From a virus, in the IMG/VR virus record IMGVR_UViG_3300031578_000056: a stretch of 50,563 bases of DNA. One strand, 5' to 3'. Positions 1 to 8,598 of the stretch are shown piece by piece. The translations under genes were made by a program, and so were the position numbers. The notes beneath the pieces are model-generated. The model had not been told where the DNA came from, did not search any database, and saw nothing but the letters and a program-made list of their open reading frames with translations. The first letter of the stretch is position 1; each line of letters opens with the position of its first letter.

Positions 1-127
1 ATATTAATTTTGAATAAGAGGATATATCTGATCCTCTCCAAATTTCAAACTCAGAACTATCTTTTGATGTTGTAGGGAATGTTGTCAAAAAGGCAAAGTT
101 ACCTCTCTCTCTCATGCCTATTTTTAA
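1..127. repeat. Terminal overlap, copy 1 (identical to 50437..50563); closure of a circular contig
   Basis: Read directly: the first 127 nt (atattaattttgaataagagg...catgcctatttttaa) are repeated exactly as the last 127 nt. 127 is a common maximum assembler k-mer. Confidence 0.9.
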
Positions 128-487
128 GCCCGTTGCTTCTGTGGAGCTAGTTAAAGTTAGATTATTAATCCCAATAACCGAACTAATTACCGAATCATTT
201 TTTATGTTATCAGAGGAAGCTAATGCGAGTGTGTTTTTATTAATATTAACTAAGTTACTAAAACTCCCACTACCACTAGCTACCACATTACCTGCTGTAA
301 CATTACCACTAGCATCTATACGAGTAGTTCCGCCAATTTTTAGCGATGTAAAACTATTTTGAATCAACCCCTTTAAAATCCCCCAAGTTACATTAAACGC
401 ATTTACAGTTCCACTTCCGAACGCCGCTTTTTCGGAGTCTGAAATTGACGTTCTATTATCTCCAGTATTAAATAAATTTCTTGCCAT
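1..487 (-). CDS. Tail fibre/baseplate-associated structural protein, N-terminal part. The ORF crosses the linearisation point and continues 50436->49934 (329 aa in total).
   Basis: ATG at 487. My translation MARNLFNTGDNRTSISDSEKAAFGSGTVNAFNVTWGILKG...TGLKIGMRERGNFAF stays open to position 1 and is in frame with the Met at 115 (=50551). Missing from the ORF track only because it runs off the edge. Gly/Ser/Asn-rich and fibre-like. Confidence 0.6.
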   Translation of the reverse strand, partial: MARNLFNTGDNRTSISDSEKAAFGSGTVNAFNVTWGILKGLIQNSFTSLKIGGTTRIDASGNVTAGNVVASGSGSFSNLVNINKNTLALASSDNIKNDSVISSVIGINNLTLTSSTEATGLKIGMRERGNFAFLTTFPTTSKDSSEFEIWRGSDISSYSKLI

Positions 488-510
488 AATTATGTTATAG
501 TTGTGTTAAT

Positions 511-936
511 TTATGTTATTGTTGTGTTAATTGTTGGATCAATTTCCTTTAACTTTAATTGCATCGAATAAGCTACACTACCAGCGACAGATCCAATTCT
601 TTTAGCTTCCGCACCGGCTTCAAAAAAAGTGTGAAAAATGCGATTCAGATAAGTTACTTTTAAATCTTTTTGCCCTGCTGATTTTAAAAGATCGAAAAAA
701 GATATCATATTTGTTTGAGCTATCTGGACTGTAGATGCTAAAAAGTGAATATCTAACACAATATCCCTCGATTCAAAAAATATTTCACCATCCAATATAA
801 ACGGATCTACCCCGTTCACATCTGGGAAAGAGTAGTAAGAATCACCTTTCCTTTTCGGGAAAACCTCGAAGCCTGTAAGCTTTTCAACGGTTATTCCGAA
901 TGTACTTAAATCTATATCGTTAATGTAGTACGCCAT
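511..936 (-). CDS. Putative distal tail protein (Dit-like), unusually short
   Basis: Directly downstream of the tape measure gene. N-terminus MAYYINDIDLSTFGITVEKLTGFEVFPKRKG resembles Dit N-termini (recollection, not searched). Confidence 0.4.
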   Translation of the reverse strand: MAYYINDIDLSTFGITVEKLTGFEVFPKRKGDSYYSFPDVNGVDPFILDGEIFFESRDIVLDIHFLASTVQIAQTNMISFFDLLKSAGQKDLKVTYLNRIFHTFFEAGAEAKRIGSVAGSVAYSMQLKLKEIDPTINTTIT

Positions 937-945
937 AGCACAAAT

Positions 946-3900
946 TTACAAAATATTTCCCGTATCTCGACTACTTGAGTCGGAATTTAACTTACTATCT
1001 AAAGATTCACAAGCATTCGCCGTTCTTAAAGTATTAACCGCAATCTCACTCAAATACCCATTACTTTCTGTTAATATAGCGGTGTGTGAAATAGTTTCAA
1101 ATAGCGATCTATTCCAAATCCCCTGTAATTCTGTTGCTGTATCTTCGGTTAAGGCGGCTGAGATTGAACCAGCGGCACCAGTTGCAGATTCAGCACTATC
1201 GGTAATATCAGAACCAAAAGCCCCCTCAAAAACCTTATTTAAAGCGTCAAATTCAGTCGAAGCATTATCAATTAAATCCGAAAAACTACCCCTTAGTGTT
1301 TCGATTTCACTAGTAGTAATTCCATCCTGTGCCAAATCTCCAAATTCCTGAAAAAATCCTTCTGAAGCAGCTAATAGATATTTTGTTTTAAAACTTTCTA
1401 GTAAAGCGTTCTTCATTAAAGTTTCAAAATCATCAGCAAAATCTACAATAGAATCTTTTCCATCCGCAAAACCATCCCTTAATACATCTGCAATATCTTC
1501 ACTTGATGTTTGTGTTAAATCTTCTAACAACTCAGTCCTAGTAGCTAGTAATTCATTGTAGCGATCAATTAAATCTGCAATTTCATCTTCATTGGTAATC
1601 TTAAAACCCTGCTCAAGTAAAGATGCTGTTAATGCTGAAGCATCCCCAAGACCTATATACTTTTCAATAAGGTCCTCAATCCCCTCAGTCTCTTCAGTTA
1701 TTTTTGTTGTAGATTTATTAAGCCCAAATAGTCCGCTTTTTTTAGATTTTTTAAATCTTAGATCTTCTTTTCTAGCTAGTTCGTCAATTCCATCTATCTG
1801 TTTCTGAATCTCAGACAATACAGCCTTTTCTCCTGTACTTCTATCAACTCCCTCTAATGTATCAAGTAGTTCTATTTGTCGCTCTAACAGTCTATTCTGT
1901 CTCTCAATTTCAGACGCTAAACTTTCTGCTTCCTGAGCTAAATTGTAAGCCTTTGCACCGCCACCACTTAGAAGTGTACCTACAATCTGAAGTCCTCCTG
2001 CTATCGCTTGGACAGGATTTCCACCAGCAGCCAATCCTGCGACCATATTACCAACACCAGCAGCCAATCCTGAAGCGATATCTAAACCTTTTGCTAATTC
2101 ATCATCGAAATTACCGGCCACACTTGCCATTTCTCCCATTACATCCGAAGCGTCGAACAAGGTGTTGGTTAGTTTTTCTGAATTATCAGTAGATTCGGTT
2201 GAAATACCATTATACTTATTTAAATACTTCTGCATTTTAAGCCACTCACCGCCCATTTTAGCAAGCTCCTTGTTTTGATCTTCGTATTCTTTAGTTTGTT
2301 TTTTTGATAAAGAAATTCCTTCACTTGTATTTGCCGACCCTAAAGAAATAACCCCCTCTTGTTTCGCTTGGATACCCCTAATCTGATCGTTAATATCTGT
2401 AACGAATTTTACTAATTCTTCTTTTTTAGCTCTAATTTTAACCTCAATTTCTACAGCTTCAGACTTACTGGCAGTTTCAATCTCGGCATTTAAAGCTTTT
2501 AATTCTGCCTTTAAAGATGCTATTGTAATTTTTACTGGAACTTCTACAGTATCACCATCTTTTTTTGGTTTAGTTATTGATTTTTCTTTAATCTTAGCCA
2601 ATCTTTCCTCGGCAGATTCAAGTATCTGATAATATATTAAATTCCTATCCTTTGCCTCTTCCAATGCATTAGCATCAAATTGAAACCCTTTCTCTTTTCT
2701 ATCTTGTAGATTTTCGAATAGTTTAATATTCTCAGCCTGTTGCCTTCTAGTGTTTTCGATCTCGTTCTGAAAAGCTTCGTTTGATAAAGATTTAGTTTTG
2801 TTTGTAAATTCTTCGACTGCCTTTTCTGATTTAAGCAACGATTTAACGATATCCGGAGCAAATTGTTCAGCGGTAAATGTTCCAAAACCTAAAGATGCTG
2901 TGTTTAAAAGAACAGACAAAGCTTTTGCATAGAAAGGAATCGTATCATCTAAACCTACCTTCATTTCTGCATTTAACTGCTCTATTACAGGTAATAGTAT
3001 ATTCTTAATAACATTTCCCGTGCTATTTAATGCTACATTAAAATTATTCTGTAATAATGTAGATTGAGAATCGAAAGTTCCGTTCATTATCTTTAATGCA
3101 GCATCAGCACTCCCAGCACTATCATTAATTTTTTCAAGCGAATCAGCATATACATCAGCATTCTGATTTGTCAACATTAAAACACCGTTCACTGCCTCTA
3201 ACCTTCCGAAATACTTCTGCAATCCCTCGCCTGACTTGTCGGCTGCATCTCTAGCCATCTGTAAAGCTTCACCGAATGAGTGCGTTTGGAATACATTTTC
3301 ACCTAACTTCTCAGTAACCGAAACAATCGCAGCCTTAATCGAAGTCATAGCCTGAGCAGTTGGCGCACCTTGCTTAGTCATGGCGGCGGTTGCGGCCAAT
3401 GCTTCATTTACATTAACACCATATGCAGCCGCGATGGATGCGACCTGAGAAAAGGATGCCCCAATTTCTGCAAGGGTAGTTTTACCAAGTTCTACAGTCT
3501 TAAATAATTGATCTGATATAGTTGTTGCATCATCAGCGGATAGGCCGTAAGCGTTTATAATGGTCGTTAATGTATCTGCAGCAATTGCGGTTGTAGTCAC
3601 CCCAGCCACCGCAGCTTTGGCCGAAATTTCAAGGACATTCATCGCTTCAGCTCCATCGAATCCAGCCGAAACAATTTGATACAATGCTTTTGTCGAATCA
3701 ATCGCACCAACCGGAATTTCAGTAGTCATTTTCAGAATAGACTTTCTCATCTCATCCGCGTTTTCACGTGCCGATTGTGAAATAGTTTGCACTTCTGCGA
3801 ATGCTGTTTCGTATTGTCGCGCGAAATCTAAAGCCTCTGAGCCTAGTTTAACGAACGCAGCACCTAATGCAGCTGATCCTAATAATGCAGGATTGAAAAG

Positions 3901-4002
3901 CCCAGATAATGCTGATTGTCCTTGTTTTGCGTCTCGTTTGAATCCACTGAAGTCGACCCCTGTACTCCAGAATAATGAACCTACACTTGTGCCTGTTGCC
4001 AT
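946..4002 (-). CDS. Tail tape measure protein
   Basis: 1018 aa. Ala/Gly-rich core (ALYQIVSAGFDGAEAMNVLEISAKAAVAGVTTTAIAADTLTTIINAYGL...) typical of TP901-type tape measure cores, long coiled-coil middle, and a position downstream of the tail chaperone. Confidence 0.9.
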   Translation of the reverse strand: MATGTSVGSLFWSTGVDFSGFKRDAKQGQSALSGLFNPALLGSAALGAAFVKLGSEALDFARQYETAFAEVQTISQSARENADEMRKSILKMTTEIPVGAIDSTKALYQIVSAGFDGAEAMNVLEISAKAAVAGVTTTAIAADTLTTIINAYGLSADDATTISDQLFKTVELGKTTLAEIGASFSQVASIAAAYGVNVNEALAATAAMTKQGAPTAQAMTSIKAAIVSVTEKLGENVFQTHSFGEALQMARDAADKSGEGLQKYFGRLEAVNGVLMLTNQNADVYADSLEKINDSAGSADAALKIMNGTFDSQSTLLQNNFNVALNSTGNVIKNILLPVIEQLNAEMKVGLDDTIPFYAKALSVLLNTASLGFGTFTAEQFAPDIVKSLLKSEKAVEEFTNKTKSLSNEAFQNEIENTRRQQAENIKLFENLQDRKEKGFQFDANALEEAKDRNLIYYQILESAEERLAKIKEKSITKPKKDGDTVEVPVKITIASLKAELKALNAEIETASKSEAVEIEVKIRAKKEELVKFVTDINDQIRGIQAKQEGVISLGSANTSEGISLSKKQTKEYEDQNKELAKMGGEWLKMQKYLNKYNGISTESTDNSEKLTNTLFDASDVMGEMASVAGNFDDELAKGLDIASGLAAGVGNMVAGLAAGGNPVQAIAGGLQIVGTLLSGGGAKAYNLAQEAESLASEIERQNRLLERQIELLDTLEGVDRSTGEKAVLSEIQKQIDGIDELARKEDLRFKKSKKSGLFGLNKSTTKITEETEGIEDLIEKYIGLGDASALTASLLEQGFKITNEDEIADLIDRYNELLATRTELLEDLTQTSSEDIADVLRDGFADGKDSIVDFADDFETLMKNALLESFKTKYLLAASEGFFQEFGDLAQDGITTSEIETLRGSFSDLIDNASTEFDALNKVFEGAFGSDITDSAESATGAAGSISAALTEDTATELQGIWNRSLFETISHTAILTESNGYLSEIAVNTLRTANACESLDSKLNSDSSSRDTGNIL

Positions 4003-4040
4003 CTATATATAATTTTATCCAAAGGTACAAAAATTTAATG

Positions 4041-4054
4041 ATGTTTTAAAACAT
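4041..4054. promoter_or_regulatory. Perfect 14-bp palindrome ATGTTTTAAAACAT in a divergent promoter region (candidate operator)
   Basis: Self-complementary. The identical 16-mer ATGTTTTAAAACATAT recurs at 9855..9870 with the same spacing to flanking promoter elements. Confidence 0.6.
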
Positions 4055-4089
4055 ATGGGTTTAGATTAGGAAGTATCGAATGGTTTTAG

Positions 4090-4097
4090 TAAGTTTG
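4090..4097 (+). promoter_or_regulatory. Bacteroidota-type -7 box TAAGTTTG for plus-strand island A
   Basis: Matches TAnnTTTG, 22 nt upstream of the ATG at 4120. The same box is found at 12476..12483. Confidence 0.5.
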
Positions 4098-4119
4098 TTT
4101 TGAATTAAAAAATGAGAAA

Positions 4120-4464
4120 ATGGATAAGATTAATAAAAATACAATCGAAAGGCTAACCGTAAATGACAAAATACACATATGGCAATTTGAATATTATCCA
4201 GCCAAAAAAGGAAATTTTTTCAAAGAAGCAAAGCCAGATAGATGGGGGGATTGTGAGTACTTTTCAGAGAGTAAAGAAAAAATAGATAGAGAAGGGTTGT
4301 GTCAAATAATAAATAACAAAATATATACTAGACCTAATTTCACAATAAGATTAGTAAGCGGCAGGGAGATTATTAAAAGATTTGACACTTATAAAGAGGC
4401 TGAAAAGTTTGCATACAATTACATTAAGAACCATAATCTAATAGATTTTATTAATTTATTTTAA
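4120..4464 (+). CDS. Hypothetical protein (island A, gene 1)
   Basis: 114-aa ORF on the opposite strand to the tail operon, with its own promoter-like box. No recognisable motif. Confidence 0.6.
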   Translation: MDKINKNTIERLTVNDKIHIWQFEYYPAKKGNFFKEAKPDRWGDCEYFSESKEKIDREGLCQIINNKIYTRPNFTIRLVSGREIIKRFDTYKEAEKFAYNYIKNHNLIDFINLF

Positions 4465-4476
4465 AACCAAAAAAAC

Positions 4477-4869
4477 ATGAATTATTTCGAAGCAAAAGTT
4501 AAAAGTATTAACGAAGAAGGTAAAAAGGTTACCAAAAACTACCTAGTCGATGCAGTCTCACTAACTGAAATGGAAGCGCGAACAATTAAAGAGCTTGGAG
4601 AAGTTCAGGTAATTGCCGGAAAAGAATCAAATATCTCAACTGTTTACAGGAATGAAAATGGAGACCGTTTATTTAAGGCAAAAGTTGTTTACTTGGATGT
4701 TATCGATGGGAAAGAGAAAAAAATAATCGAATACAACCTGATTGAATCTGATACAGTTGAAAATGCTTCAACTCAGTTGAAAGAGAAATTATCAGATTCG
4801 ATTGTGCCGTTTGAGATTCCTTCAGTTAGTGAAAGTAATATTATTGATGTGTTTAATTATTTTGAATAA
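4477..4869 (+). CDS. DUF4494-like protein (island A, gene 2)
   Basis: MNYFEAKVKSINEEGKKVTKNYLVDAVSLTEMEARTIKE...SVSESNIIDVF resembles the Bacteroidota DUF4494 pattern (YLVDA.SFTEAEAR.I.E ... I.DV) from memory. Confidence 0.5.
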   Translation: MNYFEAKVKSINEEGKKVTKNYLVDAVSLTEMEARTIKELGEVQVIAGKESNISTVYRNENGDRLFKAKVVYLDVIDGKEKKIIEYNLIESDTVENASTQLKEKLSDSIVPFEIPSVSESNIIDVFNYFE

Positions 4870-4876
4870 CAACAAA

Positions 4877-4910
4877 AAGCCCCTACTAAAATAGGGGCTT
4901 TCTTTTATTT
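4877..4910. terminator. Hairpin terminator between convergent genes
   Basis: aagcccct(4877-4884)/aggggctt(4893-4900) 8-bp stem followed by tcttttattt. Lies after the island A stop at 4869. Confidence 0.7.
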
Positions 4911-5500
4911 CATAAATCCAGCCATTCCCATACCTGATAATTTTTTAGGAGCGTCCTTATCTTCTTTCTCAGGCCTTTCGTGTAAGATATTATTATCTAT
5001 TAACATTACCATCAGTAACCAGTAAGGCATTTCTAAAGCTTCTTTATAGCCTATTCCTAAACTCTTTTGAGCTACGACCAATAGATTTACTTCGTTGAAG
5101 ATTTTAGTTCGCTCTGTAGTGCCATTAGATCCTCCCTTTGATTTCTTGACAGGAGTTCTACGGATGTAATGGCTTTGATAAAATCCTCAGTACCCATTTG
5201 GCTCATTACTATTCCGAGCAAATTAAATAAATCAATTGGTAATAGCTCATCAAATTTACACTCGAATAATTCAGCAAATACAGCCCTTAAAGGTTCTGTA
5301 AAATTAATTAATTGGGGCACTACTTTTTCGTGAAAATCTTCCGGTGTTTTAATTTCTCCTTCGATTTGAATTTGTGCCAGGTGTGGGCTTATAGCTATTA
5401 ATTGGCTGACTGTAATCGGTTTTATTTCAATCTTGCCGTAAAAGGCTGATTTATTCCGAATTATATCGGCTTGTGCGTGAAGTTGTTTAATTAGATCCAT
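4905..5500 (-). CDS. Putative -1 frameshift-extended tail chaperone (GT-like)
   Basis: -1 frame reads ...KGGSNGTTERTKIFNEVNLLVVAQKSLGIGYKEALEMPYWLLMVMLIDNNILHERPEKEDKDAPKKLSGMGMAGFMK* with its stop at 4905-4907. Possible slip sites are CTAAAAT and AAAGGGA near the ORF end. Confidence 0.45.
5087..5500 (-). CDS. Tail assembly chaperone (G-like)
   Basis: 137-aa acidic ORF between the major tail protein and the tape measure region. The -1 frame stays open past its stop. Confidence 0.6.
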   Translation of the reverse strand: MDLIKQLHAQADIIRNKSAFYGKIEIKPITVSQLIAISPHLAQIQIEGEIKTPEDFHEKVVPQLINFTEPLRAVFAELFECKFDELLPIDLFNLLGIVMSQMGTEDFIKAITSVELLSRNQREDLMALQSELKSSTK

Positions 5501-5513
5501 AGGACAAAGATAC

Positions 5514-5544
5514 TAAAAAAAAGCCGACCCCATAAGAGTCAGCT
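5514..5544 (-). terminator. Rho-independent terminator after the major tail gene
   Basis: Minus strand AGCUGAC-UCUUAUGGG-GUCGGCU hairpin followed by U8, immediately followed by the -7 box TATCTTTG (5504-5511). Confidence 0.7.
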
Positions 5545-5576
5545 TTTAATTTTTCTGTATCGGCTTTTAATTTTTA

Positions 5577-6125
5577 TTAAGCAATTGTTTCTCCGTCAAC
5601 ATAATATGGAGTAGTTGGATCGCCAGAAGCGTCAACTGGTTGCAAGATTGATGCTGTCACCTGTAAACCTATCAAGTCTGTCTTTGTAGCTGTTTGTGTT
5701 TGTTCTGCATAAATTCTACACTTCACATAATTATAAACACCTACATTTCCATCGCCATCAACCGATGTTATCGCAATTGATTTTATAATATTAGGAATTG
5801 CGCTTGGTGCCTTCCATCTATCTTTAGTTCCACCAACTCCAGGTGTGAAAGTACCACCTAAGAAATCAGGTAAATCCGATAAGTGCAATCCAAACAATTC
5901 AAAGGTAAAACTCTTTGGTGATCCCGACAATTGTTGAGTGTAAGCAAAATCACTTTCCTCTATATTAATGTCCGTTGCGCTAGGTGCCGCAATGCTGAAG
6001 GTGAACGTGCCCTCTTTAATCCCTAGATATTGAGTTAATACGGAACCCATGATTCCATTAGCGCCAACAGCTCCCATCTCAAACTTATTGACTCCACCCA
6101 GTTCAAATTTATTTATATCTGCCAT
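5577..6125 (-). CDS. Major tail protein (putative)
   Basis: 182 aa, upstream of the chaperone and tape measure genes and followed by a strong terminator. Call rests on position and size. Confidence 0.6.
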   Translation of the reverse strand: MADINKFELGGVNKFEMGAVGANGIMGSVLTQYLGIKEGTFTFSIAAPSATDINIEESDFAYTQQLSGSPKSFTFELFGLHLSDLPDFLGGTFTPGVGGTKDRWKAPSAIPNIIKSIAITSVDGDGNVGVYNYVKCRIYAEQTQTATKTDLIGLQVTASILQPVDASGDPTTPYYVDGETIA

Positions 6126-6129
6126 AATT

Positions 6130-6519
6130 TTATGTGTAAGTTACTTCTATTCTAATATTTGTTAATGTTTCTTTATGTGACTCGTTAAAAGTCTGAGAGG
6201 GTTGAGAATCTAAATATGAATATCCGACTCTGGTAGTATCACCATTAAAGCTTTCAAGTGCATTCTGTACTAAATTATCCAATGTTTCAATCCTTGCTGA
6301 ATCAACCGCCAGGTTAAGTTTTGGAACAAAAATATTGACGTTTACCACATCATTATTTTGCTTAAAAGAACCGGCACGAACCTGATTGTTAGGAATCGAA
6401 TTTAAAACAATTCGTTCTATTCCTTCTTGGTCGATAGGGTGTGAAAATTTCCACACTTTAACGCCGATAGGAAGTAAAATATCCCGAATCAAATTAATTA
6501 TATCGCTTGTATTACTCAT
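6130..6519 (-). CDS. Tail completion/terminator-like protein (putative)
   Basis: 129 aa, located between the gp10-like protein and the major tail protein. Confidence 0.4.
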   Translation of the reverse strand: MSNTSDIINLIRDILLPIGVKVWKFSHPIDQEGIERIVLNSIPNNQVRAGSFKQNNDVVNVNIFVPKLNLAVDSARIETLDNLVQNALESFNGDTTRVGYSYLDSQPSQTFNESHKETLTNIRIEVTYT

Positions 6520-6928
6520 TTAGCAAGTCTTTAAATAATGATATTACTTCTTGTCGGCTCGGTCTTGATCCTGTTAAAACATCGTAACCATTCCTTTCAA
6601 CAGATGCAGCGTATTCCATTCCTGCAAAAACGATCAAATAAATAGTATTACCTCCGCGCTCCTGAACAATGCTAGTTACAAGATCTCCTGCCTCTGGTGA
6701 GTTTTTAGCTGTAAATTTTATAGTCTTGCCATTCCTTACTATTGCATAACCCACACTAGATCTAAGGTTTCCCGTATCATCTTGATAAGTCCTTATTGTT
6801 CTGGCCTTATTTACAAATTCCTCACCAAGATAAGCCAAAGCCTCAATAAACTTTTTCTCATTATCCTTAGCGAACTTAAGCAATGCTGTCTGTATTGCTA
6901 ATTTATCAAATTGAGGAATTAAACCCAT
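6512..6928 (-). CDS. HK97 gp10-like head-tail joining protein
   Basis: TGNLRSSVGYAIV...GMEYAASVERNGYDVL resembles the HK97 gp10 family signature (tGnLr.s ... YA..vE.G). Confidence 0.6.
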   Translation of the reverse strand: MGLIPQFDKLAIQTALLKFAKDNEKKFIEALAYLGEEFVNKARTIRTYQDDTGNLRSSVGYAIVRNGKTIKFTAKNSPEAGDLVTSIVQERGGNTIYLIVFAGMEYAASVERNGYDVLTGSRPSRQEVISLFKDLLNE

Positions 6929-7212
6929 ATCTCGCGATTTATTTTGTAATTATGAATTTGCAAAACATTGAATTCAATACCTTTATCAGAACGAACACGA
7001 ACAGCACCAAGCACATCAACTTTAGTAAACAGCGAATAAGTAATGGTAATATTGTCTCCATTCGTACCGACTACGAAACGCCCAGAGCTAGTCTGAACAT
7101 CGCACTCGAAAGGCACCCAAACCTCAGTAGCTGCAATCGGATTTCCATCCGCATCCTCACCGCCTCCGCTTGTGGTTAAATATTCCCATATATATCCGTA
7201 TCTATTTACCAT
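6919..7212 (-). CDS. Head closure/head-tail adaptor protein (putative)
   Basis: 97 aa, overlaps its neighbours, in the connector gene position. Confidence 0.4.
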   Translation of the reverse strand: MVNRYGYIWEYLTTSGGGEDADGNPIAATEVWVPFECDVQTSSGRFVVGTNGDNITITYSLFTKVDVLGAVRVRSDKGIEFNVLQIHNYKINREIWV

Positions 7213-7496
7213 ATCACTGAACTTACTGTCGGAGTTGTACCATCATTGTAATAAATTCCATTAGCTTTCAAAATCTGTTTCGCATTATTTTTCAGCAACG
7301 CACGAGCACTGTTTGAAAGCGTCTCCGATGTGCGACCTTGAGAGTAATCAACAGTCGTTGCCGACTCGATCATTCCCCATGCTCCTGAAACAGGAACTTG
7401 ATCTTCTAATGTTGGATCGATTGACTTAGTTTCCAAGACGAACTCCGCTCTGGAGTCGTCTGGAAAGTAAACCATGAAAGCTTCTTTATTGGTCAT
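7206..7496 (-). CDS. Head-tail connector protein (putative)
   Basis: 96 aa, directly after the major capsid gene. Confidence 0.35.
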   Translation of the reverse strand: MTNKEAFMVYFPDDSRAEFVLETKSIDPTLEDQVPVSGAWGMIESATTVDYSQGRTSETLSNSARALLKNNAKQILKANGIYYNDGTTPTVSSVIW

Positions 7497-7497
7497 A

Positions 7498-8580
7498 CTA
7501 AGATGCTACGTCTGTTTTTAAAATTGCAATCGAATTAGTCTTATTCAACACAGGAAAAGCATTAAATTCACCTTCAGTAAATTCGTTTCCATCCTGATCA
7601 GAGAATTTAGAAATCAAAACATTCATCGCATTTGCATACGCTTTTGTTTTATTCGGCATTCTTTCCTCATTTGCATAAGTTCGGTACATTTCGCCGTAGT
7701 TATTATCTACAGAGAAAGAAACGCGATTATCAGCAAAAGGTCTGATAGTTGTATAGGTACCATCTTTTTTCTCGATTGTAATCGGTACGTTAATAATTTC
7801 AATACTTGGCAAATCAATTGATACCATGAATTCATTAACTCGATCAACACCTAAGAAAGAATTTTTAATCTCAGTAACAGAACCCATTTGCATTTTGAAT
7901 GCCCCTAAGAACTCAGTAGTTTTCACCATCAAATTGAAAGTGGCTCTACTCATTTTCATAAGCTTAAAATCAACGCCTTTGTCAATCCAAGCATCAACTA
8001 CTTTTTTAATGTCAACAAGTGGAGTTGCAGCCACGTTAGACCAAATAGTTGCTACAGTATTTTGCTCGATTCCCCAATCAAGAGAATTATTCCAAACAAC
8101 ACCTTTAGGGTTATTGGCCGCGGTAGATGTCATAACACCAGTTGAAATTGCCTCTAAGAACAATCTATCAATCGCTCTATGTGGTCCAACAGTTGCACGT
8201 TGCAAGTCAGGCATGATGAAATCAATCAAAGTTGTCGCATCAATACCTAATCTTCCAATGTTGTCCTGAAGCTCTAACATTTCGCGAACTTGTCTTTTGC
8301 TCATTTGGTATTTATTACCAAAAGAAGCAAGCTCACCGTTTAATTTAGATGCAGTTGGACGAACCGCGATAGGTTTTCCAGAACTGAAATCAATAACAGA
8401 AGCGGCAGGACTTAATTCCATGACTCCTAAAATTGCACGCCAGTCTAATGATAAAGTAAATTTATCAGTTAAATATTTATTCCAAATCGGCTCTTCGAAA
8501 ACCTCGATGGCATTATCCATTAAAAGTTGAAATTCTTTTGAATCCTCCAAAAGCCCAACCATTGTTGCTTGATAGCTCAT
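7498..8580 (-). CDS. Major capsid protein
   Basis: 360 aa, preceded by scaffold-like and decoration-like genes. The overall pattern resembles lambda gpE-type capsid proteins (recollection). Confidence 0.75.
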   Translation of the reverse strand: MSYQATMVGLLEDSKEFQLLMDNAIEVFEEPIWNKYLTDKFTLSLDWRAILGVMELSPAASVIDFSSGKPIAVRPTASKLNGELASFGNKYQMSKRQVREMLELQDNIGRLGIDATTLIDFIMPDLQRATVGPHRAIDRLFLEAISTGVMTSTAANNPKGVVWNNSLDWGIEQNTVATIWSNVAATPLVDIKKVVDAWIDKGVDFKLMKMSRATFNLMVKTTEFLGAFKMQMGSVTEIKNSFLGVDRVNEFMVSIDLPSIEIINVPITIEKKDGTYTTIRPFADNRVSFSVDNNYGEMYRTYANEERMPNKTKAYANAMNVLISKFSDQDGNEFTEGEFNAFPVLNKTNSIAILKTDVAS

Positions 8581-8598
8581 AATTTTTTATTTAATAAG

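Noticed and set aside
1082-2192. Plus-strand ORFs 1082..1351, 1592..1807 and 1857..2192. Similar cases: 114..362, 7826..8269, 8297..8530, 16711..17102, 22773..22979, 26691..26876, 27314..27565, 35628..35873, 37248..37481, 40240..40443, 41261..41449, 43406..43618, 47537..47752 and 48475..48711.
   Set aside because: All lie entirely inside long, well-supported minus-strand genes. They have low-complexity or odd composition and are antisense shadow ORFs.
2637-4030. Minus-strand out-of-frame ORFs 2637..2885 and 3848..4030. Similar cases: 9155..9397, 10551..10793, 33255..33461 and 37626..37814.
   Set aside because: They overlap better-supported genes in another frame (10551..10793 lies antisense to a plus-strand island gene). 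No independent start signals are present.
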